Assembly: GCA_049510745.1 (NCBI GenBank)
Contig: JBEKYR010000003.1
Coordinates: forward strand, 51,640-115,639
DNA: 64,000 nt
Direction: 5' to 3'
Origin: Verrucomicrobiota bacterium
GTDB taxonomy: Bacteria; Verrucomicrobiota; Verrucomicrobiia; Limisphaerales; Palsa-1400
The position numbers and the translations under genes are program-made. Below, in pieces: positions 23,893-32,904 of this stretch; the stretch's first letter is position 1, and every line of letters begins with the position of its first letter. The notes beneath the pieces are model-generated. The model was not told where the DNA came from. It did not search any database and was given only the letters and a program-made list of their open reading frames with translations.

Positions 23893-24762
23893 TTACTGCC
23901 TGTCCTTGCCGTAGCCTTTGGCGGGCGTGCCGTCGTCGTTCAGATGGCCGGTGGCCCAGAGGACGCCGCGGGTGACCAGGTCCAGGTAGCGCGGGTCGGA
24001 CACCGTTTCGTTGTTGTGGCCGATGGTCGTGCTGAAGACGCGGGTTTTATTCGGGCCATATTCGTTGCTCCAGACGACGACGAAATCATTGGTCTTGACG
24101 CTGCCATCCTTTTGTCTGAGCGCTTGCCGGCCCCGGGCCAGAGCGTGGGCGGTGTCGAACACGTGGACGTTGTTGTAATGTTCTTCTTTGATGGTGGTCC
24201 AATCGGCGAGTCCTTTCACGATGGGACTTTCCTTGTCGGCAAAGGTGATGGCGATCGGTTCCTGCGGGCCGTGGCCGCTGGATTGCAGCCCGAGATATTC
24301 AAACCAAAGCCCGTGCGGCGTGCCGGGCGTGACGGGGTCGTTTGGATTGCCAATCCGATACGAGTGCATGGCGCAATGCAGGTTCACCCCCGGCAGGCCG
24401 TCGCGATGCGGCTGGAGCACGGCTTGGACCACGGCGGGATCGGAGATGTCCGCCGCGCATTCGTCGTGGATGACCAGGTCGTAGCCCTTGGCGTAATCGG
24501 CGCGGCCAAAAATGGCCAGCGGCGGGTGGGTGCTGTTGTCCGGGCTATTCATCTGATCGACCACCAGGTTGGCGCGCGCCTCGAGGCCCTTTTTGAGGAT
24601 GTCCTTTTGCGCCGCGTAATCGTGGCAGCAGCCGCCGGAAATGAGCAACACGCGCAGCGGTTTGGGAGCGTCGGCGGCGCGCCCGGCCGGAGCGCCGGCC
24701 AGAGTCATCAGCGCGAGCAAAGAGGCAGCGAGAGCGGTGCGGAACGGGAATTCATTAGTCAT
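23893..24762 (-). CDS. ThuA-domain protein (secreted)
   Basis: Signal peptide. LRVLLISGGCCHDY...YDLVIHDEC...NLHCAMHSY...VVWSNEYG.NKTRVFSTTIGHNNETV is ThuA-like. Confidence 0.85.
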   Translation of the reverse strand: MTNEFPFRTALAASLLALMTLAGAPAGRAADAPKPLRVLLISGGCCHDYAAQKDILKKGLEARANLVVDQMNSPDNSTHPPLAIFGRADYAKGYDLVIHDECAADISDPAVVQAVLQPHRDGLPGVNLHCAMHSYRIGNPNDPVTPGTPHGLWFEYLGLQSSGHGPQEPIAITFADKESPIVKGLADWTTIKEEHYNNVHVFDTAHALARGRQALRQKDGSVKTNDFVVVWSNEYGPNKTRVFSTTIGHNNETVSDPRYLDLVTRGVLWATGHLNDDGTPAKGYGKDRQ

Positions 24763-24801
24763 GCGGAGGTTGTAATGCTTTCGGTCGCAGCAGGCAAGCT
24801 G

Positions 24802-25263
24802 TCAGCGGCCGGCGCTACGCAAGGCGCTCTTGAAAGCGACCAGTGTTTCGGGACTCACATGGTGCTCGATCCCCTCGGCGTCCATCTCCGCCACGCCTTC
24901 GGAAATGCCCAGAGAACGAAGGAAAGCCACCACGGTTTCGTGCCGGCTTTTGCAGGTCGCCGCCAGACCGCGTCCCCGGTCCGTCAAAAAAATGGCGCGG
25001 TAAGGCTGGGAGGTGACAAAGCCGGCCTTTTGCAGGCGGACGATGGTGCGGTTGACGGTGACATGGGTGACCCCCAGCCGCTTGGCCAGGTCCACGACGC
25101 GCGCTTCGCCCGTTTCGGCCACCAGATCGGCGATGGCCTCGACGTAATCTTCGGCGATCTCATTGGCGTGTTCGCGGCGGGTTTGGGACAGGTATTCGGC
25201 CTGGCGTTTGGGGCTGCCGCCCGCGCGCGGTTTGTCGGACAGTTGTCTTTTTGCCGATGCCAT
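24802..25263 (-). CDS. mntR: DtxR/MntR-family manganese-responsive transcriptional regulator
   Basis: EDYVEAIADLVAETGEARVVDLAKRLGVTHVTVNRTIVRLQKAGFV...AFLRSLGISEGVAEMDAEGIEHH is typical of MntR. Start taken at ATG 25263. Confidence 0.85.
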   Translation of the reverse strand: MASAKRQLSDKPRAGGSPKRQAEYLSQTRREHANEIAEDYVEAIADLVAETGEARVVDLAKRLGVTHVTVNRTIVRLQKAGFVTSQPYRAIFLTDRGRGLAATCKSRHETVVAFLRSLGISEGVAEMDAEGIEHHVSPETLVAFKSALRSAGR

Positions 25264-25295
25264 TTGCTTTCCCCGCGAGCAAAACACAAACGGGC

Positions 25296-25350
25296 TTGAC
25301 AGTCCAGCAGATTGTTGTAGTGTTGGCTACATTCTGACACTTAAACAACA
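25296..25350 (+). promoter_or_regulatory. candidate promoter plus imperfect inverted repeat (possible MntR operator) for the porin-mntH unit
   Basis: TTGACA (25296-25301), 16 nt, then TAGTGT. Arms TGTTGTAGTGT (25313-25323) and ACACTTAAACAACA (25337-25350) overlap the -10 region. Confidence 0.3.
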
Positions 25351-25360
25351 GAATAGAGTT

Positions 25361-26722
25361 ATGGCTACATCCGCGTTTGCGGCCGGCCAGGGCTTGCGCT
25401 GGATTGTGACGATGCTGGCGACGGGCGGCCTCACGGCCAAAGCGCAAGACGCGTCCCGCGCGGTCACGACCAACGCCGCGGCCAAGGCCGCGGAGCAGAA
25501 ATGGAATTGGCACGTTCAAAACACGGACATCGTGCAAGGCGATTTCGGTTTTCCCGCCAAGTATTCCGGCCCCAATAGCCTGGACAGCCGGGGCGAAGTT
25601 CGCGACACGGTGTCACTGGACCTTTTTGCCGGCGTCCGCTTGTGGCGCGGCGCGGAAGCGCACGTGGATGGCTTGATGTGGCAGGGCTTCGGCCTGAGCA
25701 AAACCCTTGGGGTGGAAGGGTTTCCCAACGGCGAAGCATTCAAAGTCGGAACGAAGGTTCCCAATGTGAACACCGCGCGCTTGTTCATTCGCCAAACCAT
25801 CGGGTTTGGCGGCGCACAGGATGATGTGGAAGACAATCAGTTGCAACTGGCGGGCAAACGGGACGTTTCGCGGCTCACGCTCACACTGGGAAAAATGAGC
25901 GCCAAGGATATTTTCGACAACAATGCCTACGCCAACGACCCGCGCACCCAGTTTATGAACTGGGCGCTGATGAGCGACGAAGCCTGGGATTTCCCGGCAG
26001 ACGCTTTGGGATATATCACCGGCTTTGCGGCCGAACTTAACCAGCCAAAGTGGACGATTCGCTATGGTTTCTTCCAAGTGCCACGGGTCGCGAACGGTGT
26101 GGCGTTGGATCAGCAATTCTTGACGGCCTGGGGAATGGTCACGGAGTTTGAGCGGCGTTGGTCTGTGGAAAGCCATCCCGGCGCCGTCCGTCTGCTGGCT
26201 TACCTCAACCACGCCCACATGGGCAGTTACGAGGAGGCACTGGATAATCCGGCGCGTCCCGCCGACATCGAGGCCACACGCGCCTACCGCTACAAATACG
26301 GCTTCGGGTTGAACGTGGAACAGGAGTTGGTTAAGAACGTCGGTTTCTTTTCACGTTTGGGTTGGAGCGACGGACAAAACGAGGCGTGGATGCTCAGCGA
26401 CGTGGATCGCACGGCGACGCTGGGCTTGAGCGTCAAGGGCGAATCGTGGCATCGGCCAAATGACACGCTCGGCGTGGGGGGCGCGCTGAACGGCCTTTCC
26501 GGCGTTCACCAGCGGTTCCTGGCCGCCGGCGGCACGGGCATCCTCGCCGGTGACGGCGCGCTGAACTACGGCTGGGAAAAATGCCTGGAATTCTGCTACG
26601 ACTTTCAAATCTGCAAAAATGTCCACACCACGTTGGATTACCAATTCATCACCGACCCGGCGTTCAACCGCGATCGCGGGCCGGTGTCGGTTTTCGGCGC
26701 AAGACTCCATTGGGAGTATTGA
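25361..26722 (+). CDS. OprB-family (carbohydrate-selective-type) outer-membrane porin
   Basis: Signal peptide from ATG 25361. QGDFGFPAKYSGPNSLDS...DLFAGVRLWRGAEAHVDGLMWQGFGLS and the aromatic C-terminal HWEY fit OprB-type porins. Confidence 0.8.
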   Translation: MATSAFAAGQGLRWIVTMLATGGLTAKAQDASRAVTTNAAAKAAEQKWNWHVQNTDIVQGDFGFPAKYSGPNSLDSRGEVRDTVSLDLFAGVRLWRGAEAHVDGLMWQGFGLSKTLGVEGFPNGEAFKVGTKVPNVNTARLFIRQTIGFGGAQDDVEDNQLQLAGKRDVSRLTLTLGKMSAKDIFDNNAYANDPRTQFMNWALMSDEAWDFPADALGYITGFAAELNQPKWTIRYGFFQVPRVANGVALDQQFLTAWGMVTEFERRWSVESHPGAVRLLAYLNHAHMGSYEEALDNPARPADIEATRAYRYKYGFGLNVEQELVKNVGFFSRLGWSDGQNEAWMLSDVDRTATLGLSVKGESWHRPNDTLGVGGALNGLSGVHQRFLAAGGTGILAGDGALNYGWEKCLEFCYDFQICKNVHTTLDYQFITDPAFNRDRGPVSVFGARLHWEY

Positions 26723-26739
26723 CAAATGAACAAGACCGC

Positions 26740-28173
26740 ATGAGCGAAGACAACCACACACCCGCAAACTCCCGCGAGCCGGCGGCGGACGGAGTCCCGG
26801 TGGTTTCGCACCCCGGCTCCGTTTCGCTCGAAGGGATGCACGGCAGCGTCTCCGTGCCTCCCCATCAAGCCGGTTTCTGGCGGCAATGGCGGGCCTTCGT
26901 CGGGCCGGCCATTCTCATCAGCGTCGGCTACATGGACCCGGGCAACTGGGGCACCGATCTGGCGGGCGGCGCGCAGTTCAAATACGGGCTGCTCTGGGTG
27001 GTCGGCGTGGCCAGTTTGATGGCCATCTTCCTGCAAGTCATCTCGGCCCGGCTGGGCGTGGCCACCGGCAAGGACCTGGCCCAGTGCTGCCGCGACTGGT
27101 ATCCGCGTTGGACGCGCTGGCCGAACTGGCTGTCCATGGAAATTGCCATTGGGATGACCGATCTGGCCGAATCGCTGGGCAGCGCGGTCGCCTTGAACCT
27201 GTTGTTTCACATCCCGATGTCGTGGGCGATCATCATCACGGCCTTCGACGTGCTGCTGTTGCTGGCCTTGCAAGGTTCTGGCATGAGGCTCATCGAGGCG
27301 GTAGTCGCGGTCTTCGTGCTGACCATCGGCGTCTGCTACGGCATCGAGATTTTTGGCTTGGCGCAGACCCGGCCGGATTTCCTGGAAATGGGGCGCGCCA
27401 TGACGCGGCCGGACTTCGCGCGGGCCGGGATGCTCGTGGTGGCGATTGGCATCATCGGGGCGACCGTCATGCCCCACAACCTGTACCTCCACACGGCCTT
27501 GGTGCAGACCCGCCAGTTGCAGCAGGATGAGTCGTCCATTCGCCGCGCCATCCGGTTTAACACGATTGACACGACCGTGGCCCTGACCATCGCGTTTTTC
27601 GTCAACGCGGCCATCCTGGTGCTGGCGGCCATCGTGTTCTACGGGAAGACCAGCGTCACGGTGGCGGGCGGCCAGATCGTCCACTTCAGTCCGGACAGCG
27701 ATTGGATTCGCATCGCCTATTACACCCTGGCGCCGCTGCTGGGGACGACGCTGGCGAGCACCTTGTTCGCCGTGGCGCTTTTGGCCAGCGGGCAGAGCAG
27801 CACCATTACGGGCACGCTCGCCGGACAGGTGGTGATGGAAGGATTCATGCACTGGCGAATCCGCCCGTGGGTCCGGCGGCTCATCACCCGGACGCTGGCC
27901 GTCGTGCCGGCGATTCTGATCATCAGCGTCCGCGGCAATGGCAGCGTGACCGACCTGGTCAACCTCAGCCAGGTGGTCCTGTGTCTGGAACTGCCCTTCG
28001 CGATGTTCCCGCTGTTGCAGTTCACCAGTTCGCGCCAGCGCATGGGCCGATGGCGCAACGGCTGGTTCCTGTTGATTACCGGCTGGGGGACTGCCATTCT
28101 CATCACGGCCATGGACCTCTACAGCCTGCCCGATGCGCTGCGGCAGGCGTGGGCGGTGATCGTGGGCCACTGA
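26740..28173 (+). CDS. mntH: Nramp-family divalent metal (Mn2+) transporter
   Basis: FVGPAILISVGYMDPGNWGTDLAGGAQFKYGLLWVV is the Nramp signature. ~11 TM segments. Start ATG 26740. Confidence 0.95.
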   Translation: MSEDNHTPANSREPAADGVPVVSHPGSVSLEGMHGSVSVPPHQAGFWRQWRAFVGPAILISVGYMDPGNWGTDLAGGAQFKYGLLWVVGVASLMAIFLQVISARLGVATGKDLAQCCRDWYPRWTRWPNWLSMEIAIGMTDLAESLGSAVALNLLFHIPMSWAIIITAFDVLLLLALQGSGMRLIEAVVAVFVLTIGVCYGIEIFGLAQTRPDFLEMGRAMTRPDFARAGMLVVAIGIIGATVMPHNLYLHTALVQTRQLQQDESSIRRAIRFNTIDTTVALTIAFFVNAAILVLAAIVFYGKTSVTVAGGQIVHFSPDSDWIRIAYYTLAPLLGTTLASTLFAVALLASGQSSTITGTLAGQVVMEGFMHWRIRPWVRRLITRTLAVVPAILIISVRGNGSVTDLVNLSQVVLCLELPFAMFPLLQFTSSRQRMGRWRNGWFLLITGWGTAILITAMDLYSLPDALRQAWAVIVGH

Positions 28174-28190
28174 CGAACAAAAGGGCCGCC

Positions 28191-28607
28191 ATGTATAACA
28201 AAATTCTTGTAACCTTGGACGCGACGCCCACCGACCGGGCGATTATCGAGCACGTCAAACCGCTCGCCAAGTGGGCGCAGAGCCGGGTGGTGTTGCTCCA
28301 CGTGGCGGACGGTTGGGCGGCGCGCACCTACGGCCCGGACGCGGTCAGCCCCGAGATCACCGAGGATACGGCGTATTTGGAGAAGGTGCGGGCGGAGTTT
28401 CAATCCGCCGGAATTCCGGCTGAGTCGGAACTGGCCTATGGAGAGCCGGGGGCGGAGATCGTCAAGTGGGTCGAGAAAAAGGGCTGCGATCTGGTGGCGA
28501 TGAGCACGCACGGCCACGGCTTCCTCGCCGATCTGTTTCTGGGCAGCGCGTCGCGGCGCGTCCGGCACAGCATTCGCGTGCCCGTTCTCCTGCTGCGGGC
28601 GAGGTGA
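28191..28607 (+). CDS. universal stress protein (UspA family)
   Basis: KILVTLDATPTDRAIIEHV...VVLLHV...GCDLVAMSTHGHGFLADLFLGSASRRVRHSIRVPVLLLR. Confidence 0.9.
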   Translation: MYNKILVTLDATPTDRAIIEHVKPLAKWAQSRVVLLHVADGWAARTYGPDAVSPEITEDTAYLEKVRAEFQSAGIPAESELAYGEPGAEIVKWVEKKGCDLVAMSTHGHGFLADLFLGSASRRVRHSIRVPVLLLRAR

Positions 28608-28625
28608 ATCATTCGCGCCGCCTTT

Positions 28626-29303
28626 ATGGCTTCGGCTAATTCCGCCCACGTGCCAAAGTGGCTGAAGATGTTGGTCGGGATGGCGCTTTTGCCGGTGTGT
28701 CTCGGCACGGCCAGGGCGCTTTGGCTGGAGCTGGCCCAAGCCGGCGGGTTCGACCGGGTCTGGCTGCCGCTGCTGGCCGGGGCGGCCTGCTGGGTCGTCG
28801 TTTTTCTGCTCCTGCCAAAACCGATGTGGGTTTATGTCCTGGGCCACGAGTTGACGCACGCGGTCTGGACGTGGATTTTCGGGGGCAGCGTCAAACATAT
28901 CAAAGCCGCTTCCTCCGGCGGGCACGTCATTACGACCAAGACCAATTTCGTCATCGTGCTGGCGCCGTACTTCTTTCCGTTCTACGCGGTGCTGGTTGTG
29001 CTCGTCTTTGTCATCGGCGACCTGCTGTGGAACTGGCGGCAGGCGTGCCTGCCCTGGTTTCATTTGCTGCTCGGGGCCGCCTACGCTTTTCACATTACGC
29101 TGACCTGGGAGATTCTGAAAACCCGCCAAACCGACATCACGAGCCAGGGCTATCTTTTTTCCGGCGTGATTATCTTTCTGGGAAACGCGCTGACGCTGGC
29201 CGCGGCCGTGCCGCTGCTGACGGGGCACGGGTTGCTGCAAGCGTTCAAGGGGTGGGCGCAATGCAACGCCCAAGTGCTGCATCAACTGGCGAATTTGCTC
29301 TAA
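28626..29303 (+). CDS. polytopic membrane protein with an HExxH motif (putative zincin-like metalloprotease)
   Basis: LGHELTHAVW sits at a TM boundary. ~6 TM segments. The family assignment (DUF3267-like) is from memory only. Confidence 0.55.
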   Translation: MASANSAHVPKWLKMLVGMALLPVCLGTARALWLELAQAGGFDRVWLPLLAGAACWVVVFLLLPKPMWVYVLGHELTHAVWTWIFGGSVKHIKAASSGGHVITTKTNFVIVLAPYFFPFYAVLVVLVFVIGDLLWNWRQACLPWFHLLLGAAYAFHITLTWEILKTRQTDITSQGYLFSGVIIFLGNALTLAAAVPLLTGHGLLQAFKGWAQCNAQVLHQLANLL

Positions 29304-29355
29304 GGCCTCACGCAAAAACAACCTCCGATTTTCCGCGAGACCCCGCCAGGGCGCT

Positions 29356-29391
29356 TACGAAACTTTGTCCCACGTGGGACAAAGTTTCGTA
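29356..29391. repeat. perfect 36-bp palindrome centred on CACGTG
   Basis: TACGAAACTTTGTCCCAC|GTGGGACAAAGTTTCGTA, in the convergent intergenic region between the HExxH gene and infA. Confidence 0.9.
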
Positions 29392-29517
29392 CGCCTCTTT
29401 AGGTGGGAATAACGCCTCTCACAGCGGTTGTTACTTTTGCGCGATCCCTAATGTGAAATGCCGGACTGAAGCTTTTTGTCCGGCAGGGGCGGCTGGCGCG
29501 GAAAATTTTCGGCGGGC

Positions 29518-29739
29518 CTATTTCAGCCGCCACGTAATGCGGGCTTTGCTCAGGTCGTAGGGGGACATCTCCATTTTGACGCGGTCGCCGACGGTCAGGC
29601 GGACCCAGCGTTTGCGCATCTTGCCGCAGATGGTGGCCAGCACGAGATGTTTGTTGTCCAGTTCCACCCGGAACATCGTTCCCGGCAGCACGGTTTGGAC
29701 ACAGCCTTCGACTTCAATGTGTTCTTCCTTCATTGGCAA
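29518..29739 (-). CDS. infA: translation initiation factor IF-1
   Basis: [63 protein letters not shown]. Confidence 0.97.
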   Translation of the reverse strand: MPMKEEHIEVEGCVQTVLPGTMFRVELDNKHLVLATICGKMRKRWVRLTVGDRVKMEMSPYDLSKARITWRLK

Positions 29740-29799
29740 ATTCCGTCATGCAACCGGTCTCTGGCGAAGGCGCGCCCCGCAGACCGGCAAATCCGCAAG

Positions 29800-29844
29800 C
29801 GGCCGTGAAAAGGGATCGAGGCCCGGCCAATCCGGGCCTCGATC
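29800..29844 (-). terminator. Rho-independent-type terminator of RRM gene 2
   Basis: Perfect 13-bp stem (GATCGAGGCCCGG at 29814-29826, CCGGGCCTCGATC at 29832-29844) with a 5-nt loop. On the minus strand it is followed by CCCTTTTCA. Starts 17 nt after the stop. Confidence 0.6.
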
Positions 29845-29860
29845 GTGCTAAACTCGTGAA

Positions 29861-30175
29861 CTAGTAGCGGTCACGTCCGCCGCCGCGATATTCGCGACGA
29901 CCGCCGCCGCCGCCGGCGGGCCGCTCTTCGCGGGGCTTGGCGGTGTTGACGGTCAGGGCGCGGCCGTCAACGGACTTGCCGTTGAGGGCTTCGGTGGCTT
30001 TCTGCGCCTCTTCAGGAGTGCTCATGGTGACGAAGGCAAACCCGCGGGGACGGCCGGTGGTCCGGTCCATCATCAGGTTGGTTTCCAGGACGGTGCCGTG
30101 GGCGGCAAAGGCGTCCTGCAGGTCGTTTTCAGTGGTGTTGAAGGAAAGGTTTCCGACAAACAATTTATTACTCAT
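29861..30175 (-). CDS. RRM-domain RNA-binding protein with Gly/Arg tail (paralog of 10268-10579)
   Basis: RNP2 LFVGNL and RNP1 RGFAFVTM. 104 aa from ATG 30175. The 346-aa ORF-track extension upstream is not credible. Confidence 0.9.
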   Translation of the reverse strand: MSNKLFVGNLSFNTTENDLQDAFAAHGTVLETNLMMDRTTGRPRGFAFVTMSTPEEAQKATEALNGKSVDGRALTVNTAKPREERPAGGGGGRREYRGGGRDRY

Positions 30176-30214
30176 GTGATGTTTAACTGTCCTACTAACC
30201 GTTGCTTTCTGCAG

Positions 30215-30292
30215 ACTGTTCCCGGTCATCGGGATTAAAATCATCACTGAACTGAGTTCACCTGAGGATTCGCCATATCTTGAAAGTGACAA
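30215..30292 (-). promoter_or_regulatory. conserved leader upstream of RRM gene 2
   Basis: Paralog of 10150-10226. Same two hairpins at the same distance (~40 nt) from the ATG. Confidence 0.6.
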
Positions 30293-30439
30293 GCTTCCGA
30301 ACAGGAAGCCAAGATGGCCCCATCCGGCGGAATAGCAAGATATATTTACAACTATTTTTCCTGGAGAGGGATGCGGCCGGCGAGCCGGGGCGCCGCAGCG
30401 CGGTTTGAGTTGGCCCTGGAGCGGGTTTTGTGAGAGGGT

Positions 30440-31690
30440 TTGGCCCCGATGAACGTCGCTTTGCTGCAAAGAATTGACCGCTGGGCGGGGGCGCCTCTCT
30501 GCGGGGCGCTGACGTTGCTGCGGGCGGTTTTTGGCCGCGCGCTGCCCCCCGGCCCTGCGCCCGTCAGGCGCATTCTTTTCGTCAAATTGGCGGAGCAGGG
30601 TTCGACGGTCCTGGCCGCCGCTGCCATCGCGCGCGCCGTGCAGATGGTGGGACGGGAGCAGGTCTATTTCGTCCTGTTCGAGGAGAACCGGTTCATTCTC
30701 GATTTGCTCGATCTGGTGCCGCCGGAGAATGTCCTGGCGCTTTCGTCCCGGAGCCTGCCGCGGCTGCTTTCCACGACCTGGCGCGCGCTGCGCCAAATGT
30801 GGCGGCTGAAACTCGACGCGGCTATTGACATGGAGTTTTTCGCGCGCGGTTCGGCGGCCCTCGCTTTCCTGAGTGGCGCGAGAGCGCGGGTCGGCTTTCA
30901 CGCTTTTTTTGGCGCCGGGCCGTATCGCGGCGATTTAATGACGCATCGGCTTCTCTATAACCCGCATCTTCACACGACGGCCATGTTTCAAGTGCTGGTG
31001 GAGGCGTTGACAGTGGACCCGTCCCAATTGCCCACCTTCGGCATCAAGCCGCCGCCGGCGGAGAGTGTCTTGCGGCCATTCGAGCCGCGTCCGGGTGAGC
31101 GCGAACCGCTGCGGGCGATGTTGCCCAAGTCCAACGCGCCGCCGCCGCCGCTGATCCTGCTCAATCCCAACGCCGGCGATTTTCTCCCGCTGCGCAAATG
31201 GCCCGGGACGCGCTACGTCGAACTGGCCCGCCGTCTCCTGGCGCGATTCCCGGAGGTCTGCGTCGGGTTCACCGGCGGGCCGGCGGAAGCGGCGGCGGTG
31301 GAGGCGCTGGCGCGGCAGGTCGATTCGGAGCGATGCGTTTGCCTTGCGGGCAAGACGACGCTGCGTCAATTGATGGTATTGTACACGCTGGCGGAGGTTT
31401 TGGTGACGAACGACAGCGGCCCGGCGCATTTCGCGTCGCTGACTTCGATTGATGCGGTGACGCTGTTTGGCCCGGAGACGCCGGAGCTTTTCGCCGCGCG
31501 CACGCCGCGCAGCCGCGCCCTCTGGGCCGGCCTGGCGTGCAGCCCGTGTGTCAACGCCTACAACAACCGGCAATCGCCCTGTCGCAACAACGTCTGCATG
31601 CAACAGATCAGCGTGGACCAGGTGTTTGGCGAGGTCTGCGCCATTTACACGGCCCGTCTCCGGCAAAAGAATTCCGGCGCCGGGCGGTGA
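30440..31690 (+). CDS. glycosyltransferase family 9 (heptosyltransferase-like)
   Basis: [14 protein letters not shown]...[18 protein letters not shown]...[31 protein letters not shown] is a GT9 pattern. Confidence 0.85.
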   Translation: MAPMNVALLQRIDRWAGAPLCGALTLLRAVFGRALPPGPAPVRRILFVKLAEQGSTVLAAAAIARAVQMVGREQVYFVLFEENRFILDLLDLVPPENVLALSSRSLPRLLSTTWRALRQMWRLKLDAAIDMEFFARGSAALAFLSGARARVGFHAFFGAGPYRGDLMTHRLLYNPHLHTTAMFQVLVEALTVDPSQLPTFGIKPPPAESVLRPFEPRPGEREPLRAMLPKSNAPPPPLILLNPNAGDFLPLRKWPGTRYVELARRLLARFPEVCVGFTGGPAEAAAVEALARQVDSERCVCLAGKTTLRQLMVLYTLAEVLVTNDSGPAHFASLTSIDAVTLFGPETPELFAARTPRSRALWAGLACSPCVNAYNNRQSPCRNNVCMQQISVDQVFGEVCAIYTARLRQKNSGAGR

Positions 31691-31770
31691 ACCGGCGGCG
31701 GAAGGGCGTATTGGGTCATTTGAGCATTCTTTCACAAATACACCGATTGATGAAACCTGTTCGCCTGCGC

Positions 31771-32904
31771 TCAAGGCCGGAAGAACCGGATGGCCAGGAC
31801 ATTGGCCACGGCTCCGAAGGCAAGCAGGACGGCCATGGGCAGGAGCGCGGCTTGGAGGCCGGCGCCGAAGCTGATCAATTGGTTCAGGCCGGCCAAGGCC
31901 CAGCCGGTGGGAAAACAAAGCGCGATGGTCTTCCACACCGGCGGCGCGATTTCCAGCGGCCACCAACAGCCGCCGAGCGCGCCCATCAGCAGGCTTGTCA
32001 ATACGCAAACGGGGATGACCCGGTCTTCGGAGGCGAAGCACGATCCCACCAGGACGCCCAGCGCCCCCGCCACCCACGAGAGGATCAGCAGGATCAAAAT
32101 GACTCCGGGCAGGTTCGCCCCCAGGTTGACGTGAAAGACGAATTTGCCGAGCAACAGAAAGAAGACGACCTGGGCGGCGCCCAGCAAGGTGTTGCCGTAA
32201 ATCTTGCCCAGAACAATCTCCAGACGCGAGGCGGCTGAGGTCGTCAATCTTCTGAGGATTCCGTTGCGCCGGGAAGCGGCCATCGATGCGCCGCCAAAAA
32301 CCAGGAGGTTCAGCATCAAATACATCACCAGGTTGCCGGGCAGCGAGAAATTGAATCCGGAGGGCACGGGTCTGCGTCCGGCGAAATGCGAATTCAACTT
32401 CACCGGGTTGGGCGTTTCCCTGATTTCGCGCAGGCGCTCTTCGGTCAGCGTTGCGATCGTTCCCTCCCTGGTGATCGCCTCCAGGAGGTGTCCGTTCAAG
32501 CCGATCAAGGCGCGAGCCAGGCGCAATTCCAGCAGCGCGCTGTCCGCTTCGCCAGCGCCTTCGCGCCGCAGGAACTGGAGCCTGGTCTTTTCGCCGCGCA
32601 GCGTTCGCGCGGTGAAATCGGCGGGGATGCGCAATTCGCGGGCGGCCTTTGCGGCGTTGGTGGGATCGACCACCCACAGGCCCTCGGCGTGCATCTCTTC
32701 GAGCAAGGCGCGGGAGAGAAAATTGGTGTCTTTGTTGTCAATCAGAACCGGCGGGTGGCGGTTGGAGGGATCGCCCGGCCCGCGCAGGGCGTAGCCCAGG
32801 AAGTACATCACGGCCGTCGGAATGGCGAAGAGCCAGACGTAGGCCGTCCTGCTCTTGAAGAAAATGCGCAGGTCGTTGTGGCCGATGTCAAGAATTCGTC
32901 GCAT
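31771..32904 (-). CDS. ABC-2-type transporter permease
   Basis: N-terminal TM helix, a large loop, then 5 C-terminal TM helices. Start ATG 32904 overlaps the upstream stop by 1 nt. Confidence 0.8.
   Translation of the reverse strand: MRRILDIGHNDLRIFFKSRTAYVWLFAIPTAVMYFLGYALRGPGDPSNRHPPVLIDNKDTNFLSRALLEEMHAEGLWVVDPTNAAKAARELRIPADFTARTLRGEKTRLQFLRREGAGEADSALLELRLARALIGLNGHLLEAITREGTIATLTEERLREIRETPNPVKLNSHFAGRRPVPSGFNFSLPGNLVMYLMLNLLVFGGASMAASRRNGILRRLTTSAASRLEIVLGKIYGNTLLGAAQVVFFLLLGKFVFHVNLGANLPGVILILLILSWVAGALGVLVGSCFASEDRVIPVCVLTSLLMGALGGCWWPLEIAPPVWKTIALCFPTGWALAGLNQLISFGAGLQAALLPMAVLLAFGAVANVLAIRFFRP

Noticed and set aside
26638-28170. 510-aa ORF antisense to mntH. Similar alternative-frame ORFs lie over the SSF gene (5274-6485, 5425-6288) and over ThuA/mntR (23875-25299).
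   Set aside because: The opposite or alternative frames carry unambiguous Nramp, SSF, ThuA and MntR motifs. These ORFs have biased Arg/Gly/Pro/Asp composition and no motifs.
29861-30901. 346-aa ORF suggesting a large protein ending in an RRM domain.
   Set aside because: Only the last 104 codons (from ATG 30175) look like protein. The upstream part is Arg/Pro/Gln-rich, overlaps the conserved leader and the GT9 gene region, and has no counterpart in the paralog at 10268.
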